DNA of 26,271 nt, taken from assembly GCA_021818045.1 (NCBI GenBank), contig JAKAFF010000001.1:1-26271 (forward strand), given 5' to 3'. Positions 15,180 to 24,662 of this stretch are shown one piece after another. How positions within the stretch are numbered: the first letter of the stretch is position 1; every line of letters begins with the position of its first letter. Both the position numbers and the translations under genes were made by a program. The notes under the pieces are model-generated. The model searched no databases. It saw only the letters and a program-made list of their open reading frames with translations, and had not been told where the DNA came from. This stretch comes from a bacterium (GTDB lineage Bacteria > Chlamydiota > Chlamydiia > Chlamydiales > SM23-39).

Positions 15180-17705
15180 ATGAGCCTAGAAAGTCAAGCA
15201 GACGACCTCGTCCAAAAGATTAAACACCTCATCATCACCTCGAGCGGCCATACGGCAAAAGATGCGACCATCGGGGAATTTTACCGCGCTTTTTGTGAAG
15301 CTTTACGAGAAGAGATCATGGTCAATATGACCGCGACCATCGACACGATGCTTTACAAAAAGCCACGGCTTCTCAATTTCTTATCCATGGAGTATCTCCC
15401 TGGCCGGTTGCTCGGCAACAATATCCGCAATATGGGAGGTAAAGAACTCACACAACGGGTATTGGAAAAAATGGGAAGAAGTTATTCCGATCTCATCCAT
15501 TGTGAAAGCGATCCAGGGCTTGGCAATGGGGGGTTGGGGCGGCTGGCCTCCTGTTTTCTGGAATCGCTTGCAGCTTTGCGCTATCCAGCGCGCGGCTATG
15601 GCCTGCGCTATCAGTATGGCATTTTTGAACAAGAGATCTGGAATGGGATACAAATGGAGCGTCCGGATCGCTGGCTAGTCAATGCAGATCCTTGGGAATC
15701 GAGGCGAGATGCTTTTTCTGTAAGCGTATTATTAAGCGGCCAAGCAGTCCCCAAGACAAATAGCCATGGGGAGGAAGTTTATGATTTAGAAAATTATGAA
15801 GAGGTGCGCGCCTTACCCTTCGACATTCCCATCTTAGGCTATTCCGAACAAGCAGACTACTCGGTATTGCTACTGCGCCTCTGGTCGACAAAGGAATCTC
15901 CTCGCAATTTTCTGTTACAGCGCTACAACTCGGGATTTTTAGATCAGGCATCAGAAAACACCTCTTTAACTGACGTCTTATATCCCAACGACAACAACGA
16001 ATTGGGCAAAAGAGTACGCTTAAAGCAGGAATTTCTCTTAGTGTCCGCCTCATTGCAAGACATCATCAGGCGCCACCTTCGCGACTTTGGCAATTTAAGC
16101 CAATTTGGCGACAAAGTGCGCATTCAGATCAACGACACCCATCCCGCGATGACCATTGCGGAGCTCACCCGCATCCTCGTCACCCACTATGACTTTCCTT
16201 GGAATACGGCTTGGGAAACATGTCAAATGGTATGTGGATACACCAACCACTCCATCCTACGCGAAGCATTAGAGGCGTGGAATGAAGGGCGTGTGCAAGC
16301 GCTCTTGCCGCGTCAATATCGCATCATCCAAAAGCTCAATTGGGACTTTTGTACTGCAGTCCGCGCCCGTTTTCCAAACGATGAGGAAAGAGTGCGCCGC
16401 ATGTCGATCATTGAAGACGGGCAAATTCGGATGGCGCATCTGGCGATCTGCGGCTCGCACAAAGTCAATGGGGTTGCAGCTTTACACACGCAAATTTTAA
16501 AGACGAATATCTTCAAAGATTTTTATGAGATGTACCCAGATCGCTTTGTCAATGTGACCAACGGCGTGGCTCACCGCAGATGGCTCTATGCGGCAAACCC
16601 CCTACTTGCAGATTTCATTACAAAACGGATCGGCAAAAAATGGGTTCTAGACTTTACAGAGATTGCAAAACTATCTCAATTTGCCTCAGATCCTGCATCG
16701 CAAGATGCGTTTTTGGAGATCAAGAAGAAAAACAAAGAGGCCTTCCATCAATTTCTCACTGCAGAAAGCAGCATCCGCGATGCTACAGGCAAAGTGATCG
16801 CGCACTCCCATATTCTCGATTCCTTGTCCCTTGTGGATGTGCAAATCAAGCGCATTCACGAATACAAAAGACAATTACTCAATGCCCTGCATCTCATCAT
16901 GCTCTATCAAGAGATTCGCAACAATCCGGCTGCAAGACCCCTGCATCGCCTCAGTGTATTTGCAGGAAAAGCTGCCCCTGGCTACAAAATGGCCAAACAA
17001 ATCATCCAACTCATTTGTGCGCTTTCCCGAAAGTGCCATGCAGATCCTGTGGTGAAGAACTATCTTTGTGTAGCCTTCGTTGAAAATTACAACGTATCGA
17101 GAGCGGAAGTGATTATCCCTGCAGCAGATCTATCGGAACAGATCTCAGCTGCTGGGTGGGAAGCATCGGGCACCGGCAATATGAAACTTGCCATGAATGG
17201 CGCGCTCACTATTGCCACAGATGATGGATCCAATATAGAGATGCAAGCCGCCGTCACAGATCGTTGGTGGCCCTTTCGATTTGGGGCCAGCGCTGAGGAA
17301 AACCAAAAACCCTATAATCCTTGGGACATTTATTCTCAGGACGAAGCGATTCGACGTGCGGTGGACACGCTCAATGACGACACCTTTGCTCAAGGACTTG
17401 AAGAGTCAGAAAGCTTTAAAAGCATCTACCAAAACCTCACACAAGGCGATCCTTACCGAGTGTTACAAGACCTGCGTCCCTATTACCAGACGCAGCAAAA
17501 AGTGGAAGCACTCTTTTCAAAACCACGGCTTTGGGCAGAAAGTGCTCTACACAACATCGCTGCAATGGGGAACTTTTCTGCAGACGCATCGATCCACAAC
17601 TATGCGAAAAAAGTCTGGGATATCACCCCTTGTCCTATCGACCCCGCGATTTTGCAAAAAGTCAGAGACGAATATTCGGAGCACGATCGCTGCAAAATCA
17701 AATGA
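15180..17705 (+). CDS. glgP: Glycogen/alpha-glucan phosphorylase
   Basis: DPGLGNGGLGRLASCF, GYGLRYQYGIFEQ, LYPND, QINDTHP, YTNHS, QIKRIHEYKRQLLN, PLP-lysine motif EASGTGNMKL. Confidence 0.98.
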   Translation: MSLESQADDLVQKIKHLIITSSGHTAKDATIGEFYRAFCEALREEIMVNMTATIDTMLYKKPRLLNFLSMEYLPGRLLGNNIRNMGGKELTQRVLEKMGRSYSDLIHCESDPGLGNGGLGRLASCFLESLAALRYPARGYGLRYQYGIFEQEIWNGIQMERPDRWLVNADPWESRRDAFSVSVLLSGQAVPKTNSHGEEVYDLENYEEVRALPFDIPILGYSEQADYSVLLLRLWSTKESPRNFLLQRYNSGFLDQASENTSLTDVLYPNDNNELGKRVRLKQEFLLVSASLQDIIRRHLRDFGNLSQFGDKVRIQINDTHPAMTIAELTRILVTHYDFPWNTAWETCQMVCGYTNHSILREALEAWNEGRVQALLPRQYRIIQKLNWDFCTAVRARFPNDEERVRRMSIIEDGQIRMAHLAICGSHKVNGVAALHTQILKTNIFKDFYEMYPDRFVNVTNGVAHRRWLYAANPLLADFITKRIGKKWVLDFTEIAKLSQFASDPASQDAFLEIKKKNKEAFHQFLTAESSIRDATGKVIAHSHILDSLSLVDVQIKRIHEYKRQLLNALHLIMLYQEIRNNPAARPLHRLSVFAGKAAPGYKMAKQIIQLICALSRKCHADPVVKNYLCVAFVENYNVSRAEVIIPAADLSEQISAAGWEASGTGNMKLAMNGALTIATDDGSNIEMQAAVTDRWWPFRFGASAEENQKPYNPWDIYSQDEAIRRAVDTLNDDTFAQGLEESESFKSIYQNLTQGDPYRVLQDLRPYYQTQQKVEALFSKPRLWAESALHNIAAMGNFSADASIHNYAKKVWDITPCPIDPAILQKVRDEYSEHDRCKIK

Positions 17706-18414
17706 GATGCCATTTTTTGAGCAAGTCTTGAAACTGCTTTTTCCGCTTGAACGCATCGAGGTTTTTGTTAAATACAGCTACGAGATGAGAGTGATCTTTG
17801 AGGGCGAGCAAATGGAGCCCTTTTTGGTTAAGCGGCGCGCCTGCGATCTTCAAGCGATCGGCATATAAATCGGCGACATAATTCACCGCCGGAATCTGAT
17901 CGAGCAAAGCCCCTTGCACCTCTCCTATCGCAAGCGCATTCAAAAGTTCAGGGATAGTTGCATACTTACGGATGATGAGATTTGGGTGCACTTCGATCAA
18001 ATTTACGGCTGGATCATTCGTGATAATGCCAATCAGCGCCTCTTGAAATGAGGCCAGAGTCTCATGAGATGACCCCACAGGGACAATCAACACAGGGCCC
18101 AAGGTCAAAAAATTCGAAGAAAAGTCATAGCGCGCCGTGTTAAAAATATAGGGCTCCATCGACGTGAGCACCGCATCGTATTGATTGCGTCTTAAGCCAT
18201 CAAATAAGGTATCCCAATTGGCAGGGATCTTTTCGAATTCAAGGCCGCTATAGTGAGCCAACTCTACTAAAAGCTCTTCGGTAAAACCATTGACGTAGGA
18301 GACTTGCGTGCCAAAATCTAGCGGATACCAGTTTGGATCGACCCCAATGCGCAGAGTTCCCCGCGAAGAGTTGCCACAAGAAAACAGCAAACAAAGCAAA
18401 AGGTAACGGATCAT
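17698..18414 (-). CDS. Polar amino-acid ABC transporter substrate-binding lipoprotein (family 3, FliY/ArtJ-like)
   Basis: Lipobox LFSC (Cys13); LRIGVDPNWYPL, NGFTEELL, WDTLFDGLRRNQYDAV, YDFSSNF; ATG 18414 overlaps the upstream stop (TGATG). Confidence 0.92.
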   Translation of the reverse strand: MIRYLLLCLLFSCGNSSRGTLRIGVDPNWYPLDFGTQVSYVNGFTEELLVELAHYSGLEFEKIPANWDTLFDGLRRNQYDAVLTSMEPYIFNTARYDFSSNFLTLGPVLIVPVGSSHETLASFQEALIGIITNDPAVNLIEVHPNLIIRKYATIPELLNALAIGEVQGALLDQIPAVNYVADLYADRLKIAGAPLNQKGLHLLALKDHSHLVAVFNKNLDAFKRKKQFQDLLKKWHLI

Positions 18415-19490
18415 CAAAATCTCCGATCCACCATGAAGGAAATCGCATAAAATGTCCAGCGGATGAGCGCGGGGCTTACGCTATGGCTTTTTGTCATGTC
18501 AATGGGCGTTGCAAAGAAATTTTCCTGTGTAAGCTGCGCGATATTTCTCCCATTTTTCCAAGTGGTGGCCCCTTCAAAATGGGCACCGACTGCCCACCCT
18601 TGTCCAAAGGAAAATTTGAGACTCGTGCCGGCCAAAACCATCCCTAAATCGCCAGACTTCATGACGGAATTGATTTGCGAGAGCTCATCTGATACCAAGG
18701 CCCCCGACGCATCATATGAGTACGTTTCGATCTGTGTTTTCGATTTTGCAACTAAGTAGGGCCAATGGTACTGGCAAAAGAGGACCCAGGAGAAAAAATT
18801 CCATGCGATCGTCTGAAATTTTCCTTCCACAAATGGACCAAACCAATCTTGTTGATTGGGTTTTGGGAAATAGCACGTGGAGACATTGTGCGTATCTGGC
18901 AATGTGTAGCGCTTGACGCCTTGCGGGTCATTCATCATGTGATCGTAGTTGTAACCAACGGAGGGGATAAAGGAAAAAGTGACATTAGGACGCGTGAAAA
19001 GAGCAAATTTCCATCCAAGCGCTGCCCGCACATCGATGTTATAACCGGCTCCGAGAGAAAATGAGGGGAAAGTGAGAGGGGGGCTATTGCCCGGATCGCG
19101 AAAGCGAGTCTCTCCGGAAACGAGCCACCCATAACTTGCCGAAACAGTTGTGACGAGCTTTTTAAATTCGATATGGGAGCCGACAATCAGGTGCATCGCA
19201 TTGCGATCCTTTACCTGCGTCCGCGTATTGAGTAGGCCCGGCCCAAAGGCATCGAACTCTTGTCGATCTCTGCGATATCCCACGTAGGCAGAGTGGTGGT
19301 GCGTCCAATAACTTTTGCGCAAAGCCGTCACTTCTGGGGCTATTGGCGGCGGCGGTGGTGGCGCTTGCGTATCGATGCGCTCTGTCGGCGGCAGCGAGGA
19401 TGGTTCTTTGGGCGCTGTAGGCTGTGTAGAGGGCTCTTTTGCCACAACAAGCGAGCTAAAAATCAGACTCAGCAATACAATCATATACAT
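18414..19490 (-). CDS. Outer-membrane beta-barrel protein, probably Pom (PomS-like) porin family
   Basis: Signal peptide, Pro-rich N-terminal linker, amphipathic strands (VGYRRD, ASYGWLVSG, IPSVGYNY, WFGPFVEG), C-terminal Phe. Confidence 0.78.
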   Translation of the reverse strand: MYMIVLLSLIFSSLVVAKEPSTQPTAPKEPSSLPPTERIDTQAPPPPPPIAPEVTALRKSYWTHHHSAYVGYRRDRQEFDAFGPGLLNTRTQVKDRNAMHLIVGSHIEFKKLVTTVSASYGWLVSGETRFRDPGNSPPLTFPSFSLGAGYNIDVRAALGWKFALFTRPNVTFSFIPSVGYNYDHMMNDPQGVKRYTLPDTHNVSTCYFPKPNQQDWFGPFVEGKFQTIAWNFFSWVLFCQYHWPYLVAKSKTQIETYSYDASGALVSDELSQINSVMKSGDLGMVLAGTSLKFSFGQGWAVGAHFEGATTWKNGRNIAQLTQENFFATPIDMTKSHSVSPALIRWTFYAISFMVDRRF

Positions 19491-19508
19491 ACTTCGAGAA
19501 TATAGCAG

Positions 19509-20426
19509 ATGGACGATTTACTACTGGTAAATTTTGGCGGACCGCGTCATTTAGAAGAGATCGAACCTTTTTTAAGAGAGCTTCTTTGCGATCAAGATGT
19601 GATCCGCACCCCCTTTCCCCCTTTTCTACACAATTGGATTTTTGGGCGTGTTGCAACAAAAAGATCCGTCGCCGTGCGCGCGGATTATGAAAAAATTGGA
19701 GGCGCCTCTCCGATCTACTTTGATACGGAAGCAATCGCTAACGCGCTTGCAAAGCTCCTCAATTGCCGTGTATTGACATTTCACCGCTATCTGCCGGCAA
19801 CGCATGCAGCCTCTTTCGCTGCCATCCAACAACACACGCGCCTTTGCGCTCTCCCCTTATTTCCGCAATTTTGCTCTGCGACAACAGGTAGCGCAATCCG
19901 TTTTTTAAGTCGCAGTCAGCAAATACGCTGGATCCACTCTTACGCCAATCACCCCGCTTTTCTCAATGCATATCAAAAGCGCATCCGCACCTTTTTGCAC
20001 GAACACCACCTGCAAGAAGAAGAGACAGCGCTCCTCTTTTCTGCCCATGGAGTTCCCCGCTCTTTCATTGCATCTGGGGACTGCTACGAAAAAGAGTGCA
20101 ACGCCTCTTTTCAAGGCGTCATGCGCTTTTTCCCCAAAGCGCTCGGCAAGCTCTCCTATCAATCTAAATTTGGCAAAGGCGAGTGGCTGCGCCCCTACAC
20201 AAATGAAATATGTCAAACAAGCGCTGCATGGGCTAAAGGCAAAAAGCAAATCGTCATCGTCCCCATCACCTTCACCTCGGATCACATCGAAACGCTTTTT
20301 GAAATTGAAGAGCTATATCTCCCTCTCATTCGCGCTCAAAGCATAGATGCATACCGCTGTCCTGCACTCAATCTAGAACCCTATTGGATCGAGGCCTTAG
20401 CAACCATCGCCACGTCTTGTGGATAA
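19509..20426 (+). CDS. hemH: Ferrochelatase
   Basis: LLVNFGGP, IGGASPI, LPLFPQF, LLFSAHGVP, YQSKFGKGEWLRP, FTSDHIETLFEI. Confidence 0.97.
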   Translation: MDDLLLVNFGGPRHLEEIEPFLRELLCDQDVIRTPFPPFLHNWIFGRVATKRSVAVRADYEKIGGASPIYFDTEAIANALAKLLNCRVLTFHRYLPATHAASFAAIQQHTRLCALPLFPQFCSATTGSAIRFLSRSQQIRWIHSYANHPAFLNAYQKRIRTFLHEHHLQEEETALLFSAHGVPRSFIASGDCYEKECNASFQGVMRFFPKALGKLSYQSKFGKGEWLRPYTNEICQTSAAWAKGKKQIVIVPITFTSDHIETLFEIEELYLPLIRAQSIDAYRCPALNLEPYWIEALATIATSCG

Positions 20427-20454
20427 AATCGGGCTTTGAGTATGCTCGCAAGGC

Positions 20455-21501
20455 ATGACTCCATCTCAGCTCGTCCTGAAATCGGGAGAAATCTTCCCAG
20501 GCTTTTCGCCAAAGTGGCAAACTAACACCTATTTCGGAGAAGTGGTCTTTTCGACAGGAATGACAGGCTACGTCGAATCGCTCACCGACCCCTCCTATGC
20601 AGGGCAAATTTTTGCATTTACATCGCCACTCATCGGCAATTATGGGGTCCCCACCAGCTCTGAATGGGAATCGGAAAAAATCCAAGCAAGCGGCGTTGTT
20701 GTCAATTGGGCAAGTCCCATCGCCTCTCACCACAGCTCCCACACCCCTTTTTTGCAATGGCTGCAAAGCCAAAACATCCCACTTATTACAGGCGTTGACA
20801 CAAGAGCTCTTGCCAAAACCTTGCGCAAAAAAGGAGCCACACTTGGCGCCATCTGCCAAGGGCGCAACCGTCCTAGGCGCTTTTTTGACCCCAATAATAC
20901 CCATCTCGTGCAGCAAGTAAGCCTCCCCCACAAACAGCTCTATGGCACAGGCACAAAAAAAATCCTCCTCGTCGACTGTGGAATGAAGGAAAACATCTTG
21001 CGCTGCTTACTCCGTTTCCCTGTGCAAATACTCCGAGTGCCCTACAACTACGACTACTCCAACGAGGAATATGACGCTCTCTTTCTCTCCAATGGACCTG
21101 GCGATCCAGCCCTTTGCAAAGAGACCGTATCGATTTTGCAACGCAACCTCAAGCGAGGAAAACCACTCATGGGCATCTGTCTTGGCGCCCAAATCTTAGC
21201 TCTTGCAATTGGAGGAAAAACGTACAAGCTCAAATTCGGACACCGCGGCCAAAACCACCCTTGCATCGACCTCGAAAAAAAGCGTTGCGTGATCACCTCC
21301 CAAAATCACGGCTATGCCATCGATGAAAAATCGCTCCCTTCCGACTGGAAAGTGCTCTTTCGCAGCTTAAACGACCAATCGGTGGAAGGTATTTACCACA
21401 AAAAACACCCCTTCTTTGCCGTGCAATTTCATCCCGAAAGTCATCCAGGCCCAACCGATGCGTTTTACCTATTTGAAAAATTCTACGAGGCCATTTTATG
21501 A
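20455..21501 (+). CDS. carA: Carbamoyl-phosphate synthase small subunit (glutamine amidotransferase)
   Basis: GEVVFSTGMTGYVESLTDPSY, LSNGPGDP, nucleophile GICLG, FGHRGQNHP, TSQNHGYA, QFHPE. Confidence 0.97.
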   Translation: MTPSQLVLKSGEIFPGFSPKWQTNTYFGEVVFSTGMTGYVESLTDPSYAGQIFAFTSPLIGNYGVPTSSEWESEKIQASGVVVNWASPIASHHSSHTPFLQWLQSQNIPLITGVDTRALAKTLRKKGATLGAICQGRNRPRRFFDPNNTHLVQQVSLPHKQLYGTGTKKILLVDCGMKENILRCLLRFPVQILRVPYNYDYSNEEYDALFLSNGPGDPALCKETVSILQRNLKRGKPLMGICLGAQILALAIGGKTYKLKFGHRGQNHPCIDLEKKRCVITSQNHGYAIDEKSLPSDWKVLFRSLNDQSVEGIYHKKHPFFAVQFHPESHPGPTDAFYLFEKFYEAIL

Positions 21502-24500
21502 AAAGCGCCCTCATCTTAGGCTCTGGAGGGCTACGCATTGGCCAAGCAGGGGAATTTGATTATTCGGGATCGCAAGCCATCAAGGCTTTAAAAGAAGAGG
21601 GCATTCGCACGCTGCTTGTCAACCCCAACATTGCAACCGTGCAAACAGACCCCGACATGGTAGACGAGGTATACCTCGAACCGCTCACCATCTCCTCGAT
21701 TGAAAAAATCATCATCAAAGAGCGCCCCTCCTCTATTCTCTTAAGCTTTGGAGGGCAAACAGCGCTCAATCTCGGCCTCGAACTCGATCGCCTGGGCATC
21801 CTTAAAAAGCATAAAGTCACCGTCCTTGGCACCCCGATTGAAGCGATCCGCCTCACAGAAGATAGAGAGCTTTTTAAGCAACATTTAGAATCCATGGGCA
21901 TCCTGTGTCCCAAAAGCATTGCCGTCACAAGTGTCGAAGAGGCGCTTCTTGCCGCCCAACAAATTGGCTATCCGCTCATGATGCGCTCAGGCTTTTCTTT
22001 AGGAGGACTCGGCTCTGGAAGAATCGACTCAGACGCCATGCTCATTAAGCAAGCCCACGCAGCGCTTCAAGGAGCCCCGCAAATCCTCATTGAAGAGTAT
22101 CTACTCGGCTGGAAAGAGTTCGAATATGAAATCGTACGCGACGCTGCAGACCAAGCGCTTGCGATCTGCAACATGGAAAACTTCGACCCCATGGGCATTC
22201 ACACAGGGGAAAGCATCGTCGTCGCCCCCATTCAAACCCTCAACAATGATGAAGTGCAGTTATTGCGCACAATTGCCATCCAATGTGCACGCCACTTTCA
22301 GATCCAAGGAGAGTGCAACGTACAATTTGCGCTCGACCCCAAAAGCGGCCAATACCGAGTCATTGAAATGAACGCTCGCCTCTCTAGATCCAGCGCACTG
22401 GCATCAAAAGCCACAGGCTATCCCCTGGCATTTGTGGCAGCGAAATTAGCCCTTGGCTATCGCCTCGATGAAATCACCAACGCCATCACAAAAAAGACCA
22501 CCGCCTTTTTTGAGCCAGCTCTTGATTACATCGTCGTCAAAATCCCCCGTTGGGACACTCAAAAGCTCAAAACCGCCGACCGCACCATTGGCACAGAGAT
22601 GAAAAGTGTCGGAGAAGTCATGGCCATCGGCCGCACATTCCCAGAAGCGCTCCAAAAAGGGATCCGCATGCTCAACATCGACTCGCAAGGCATCGACGAC
22701 CCTCCAGAATCCATCGACAAACCTCTCGACGACATCCGCCATCCAACAGATAGGCGTCTCTTTGCCATCTATCAAGCCCTCCAAACAAAAGAGACTCTTA
22801 GCACCATTGCCGACCTATCCCACATCGACCTTTGGTTTCTCGAGCAAATTCGAGAACTTGCCCTCTTTCAAAACCACCTCATCAAACACAAACTCACCCC
22901 CGCTCTACTCAAACAGGCAAAACAACTAGGGTTTTCCGACGCATCGATCGCGCGCCTGAAAAAAATCAAAGAAAAGCAAGTGCGTCAACTGCGCATCAAG
23001 CACAAAATCACCCCCTTTTTCAAACAAATCGACACCTTAGCAGGCGAATTTGATGCAAAGACAAACTACCTCTATGCCACCTATCACGCACAATGCCATG
23101 ACATTGTCCCGTCCGCAAAAAAACCCATCATCGTCCTAGGCTCTGGACCCTACTGCATCGGCTCTTCTGTGGAATTTGATTGGTGCGCCGTCAACATGGC
23201 CCGCACTTTAAGAAACTTGGGCGCTGAAACCATCCTCATCAACTCCAACCCCGAAACCGTCTCCACCGATTTCGACGAATCCGACCGCCTCTATTTTGAA
23301 GAACTCACATTTGAGCGCGTCCAAGACATAGCCTCCTTCGAAACGCCCTACGGCCTCATCGTCTCCGTAGGCGGACAAATTGCCAACAACCTCGCCTACC
23401 CCCTACACACAGCGGGCTACCCGCTTCTAGGAACCAAAGCCTCCTCCATCGACAAAGCAGAAAACCGCGATACCTTCTCCTCTCTTTTGAAAACGCTCCA
23501 CATCGACCAACCCCCTTGGCAGCGTGTCACGACGCTTAAAAACGCCCAAGACTTTGCCCGTCAAGTGGGATACCCCATCTTAATCCGACCCTCTTACGTC
23601 CTCTCTGGCGCTGCCATGAACGTCGTTACAAGCGATGAAGAGCTTGAAAAATACCTCAAAGAGGCGGCCCTCTTTTCGCCCGACCACCCCGTCGTCCTCT
23701 CCCAATTCATTGAAAATGCAAAAGAGCTTGAAATCGATGGCGTCGCCCAACGAGGAGAACTCATTATATCCGCCATCTCTGAGCACGTGGAAAATGCAGG
23801 CGTCCATTCGGGCGATGCGACCCTTGTCTTACCTCCTCAAAGACTCTATCTAGAGACCATCCGCCGTGCGAAAAACATTACCCGCGCCATTGTAAAAGCG
23901 CTTTACATTACAGGCCCCTTCAACATTCAATTCATTGCCAAAGACAACGCCATCCAGGTCATCGAATGCAACGTCCGCGCCTCGCGCTCCTTCCCCTTTG
24001 TTTCGAAAGTCACGGGCCACAACCTCATCGAGCTCACAGCGCAAATCCTGCTCGACAAATACACTCCGCGCTCCTTTGAAACCCTAGAACTCGATTACGT
24101 CGGCGTCAAAACCCCCCAATTTTCATACAAACGGCTCAAAGGGGCCGACCCGGTCGCGAACGTAGAGATGGCCTCGACCGGAGAGGTTGCTCACATTGGG
24201 GACACCTATCTCGACGCCTTTTTTATGTCTTGGCTCTCCACGGAGCAGGCCATTTTAGGCAAAAAGCTCCTCGTCTCTGCAAGCGCTGACTATCGCATCA
24301 AACTCCTCGACCCCTTGCGTCACCTCGAGGCTCAAGGGTGGGATCTCTTTGCAACGGAAGGGACCCATGATTTTCTCTCCCAACATGGCATCGGCTCTAT
24401 TGCCGTTTACAAAGTGGGGGAAAAATTTGAGCCAAACATCGCAACACTCCTAGCGCATCGGCGCATCGATCTCATCATCAACATTCCGGGTAAAGGACCA

Positions 24501-24662
24501 GACAAAGCAAGCGCTGGCTTCAAAATCCGCCGCCTTGCCATCGACCACCACATTCCTCTCATTACCAACCTGCAATTGGCTGTGATCTTTTTACAGTGTC
24601 TTTCTGAAGTGCGCTTAAGTCAACTCCCCGTCCGTTCTTTGCGCGAGATTATACAGCGATGA
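21498..24662 (+). CDS. carB: Carbamoyl-phosphate synthase large subunit
   Basis: [22 protein letters not shown], two ATP-grasp halves ([26 protein letters not shown]), C-terminal MGS domain ([14 protein letters not shown]); ATGA overlap with carA. Confidence 0.98.
   Translation: [1054 protein letters not shown]

Noticed and set aside
16580-17868. Same-strand off-frame ORFs inside glgP (16580-17083, 17281-17868) as possible frameshift products
   Set aside because: glgP is intact, with all motifs in one frame.
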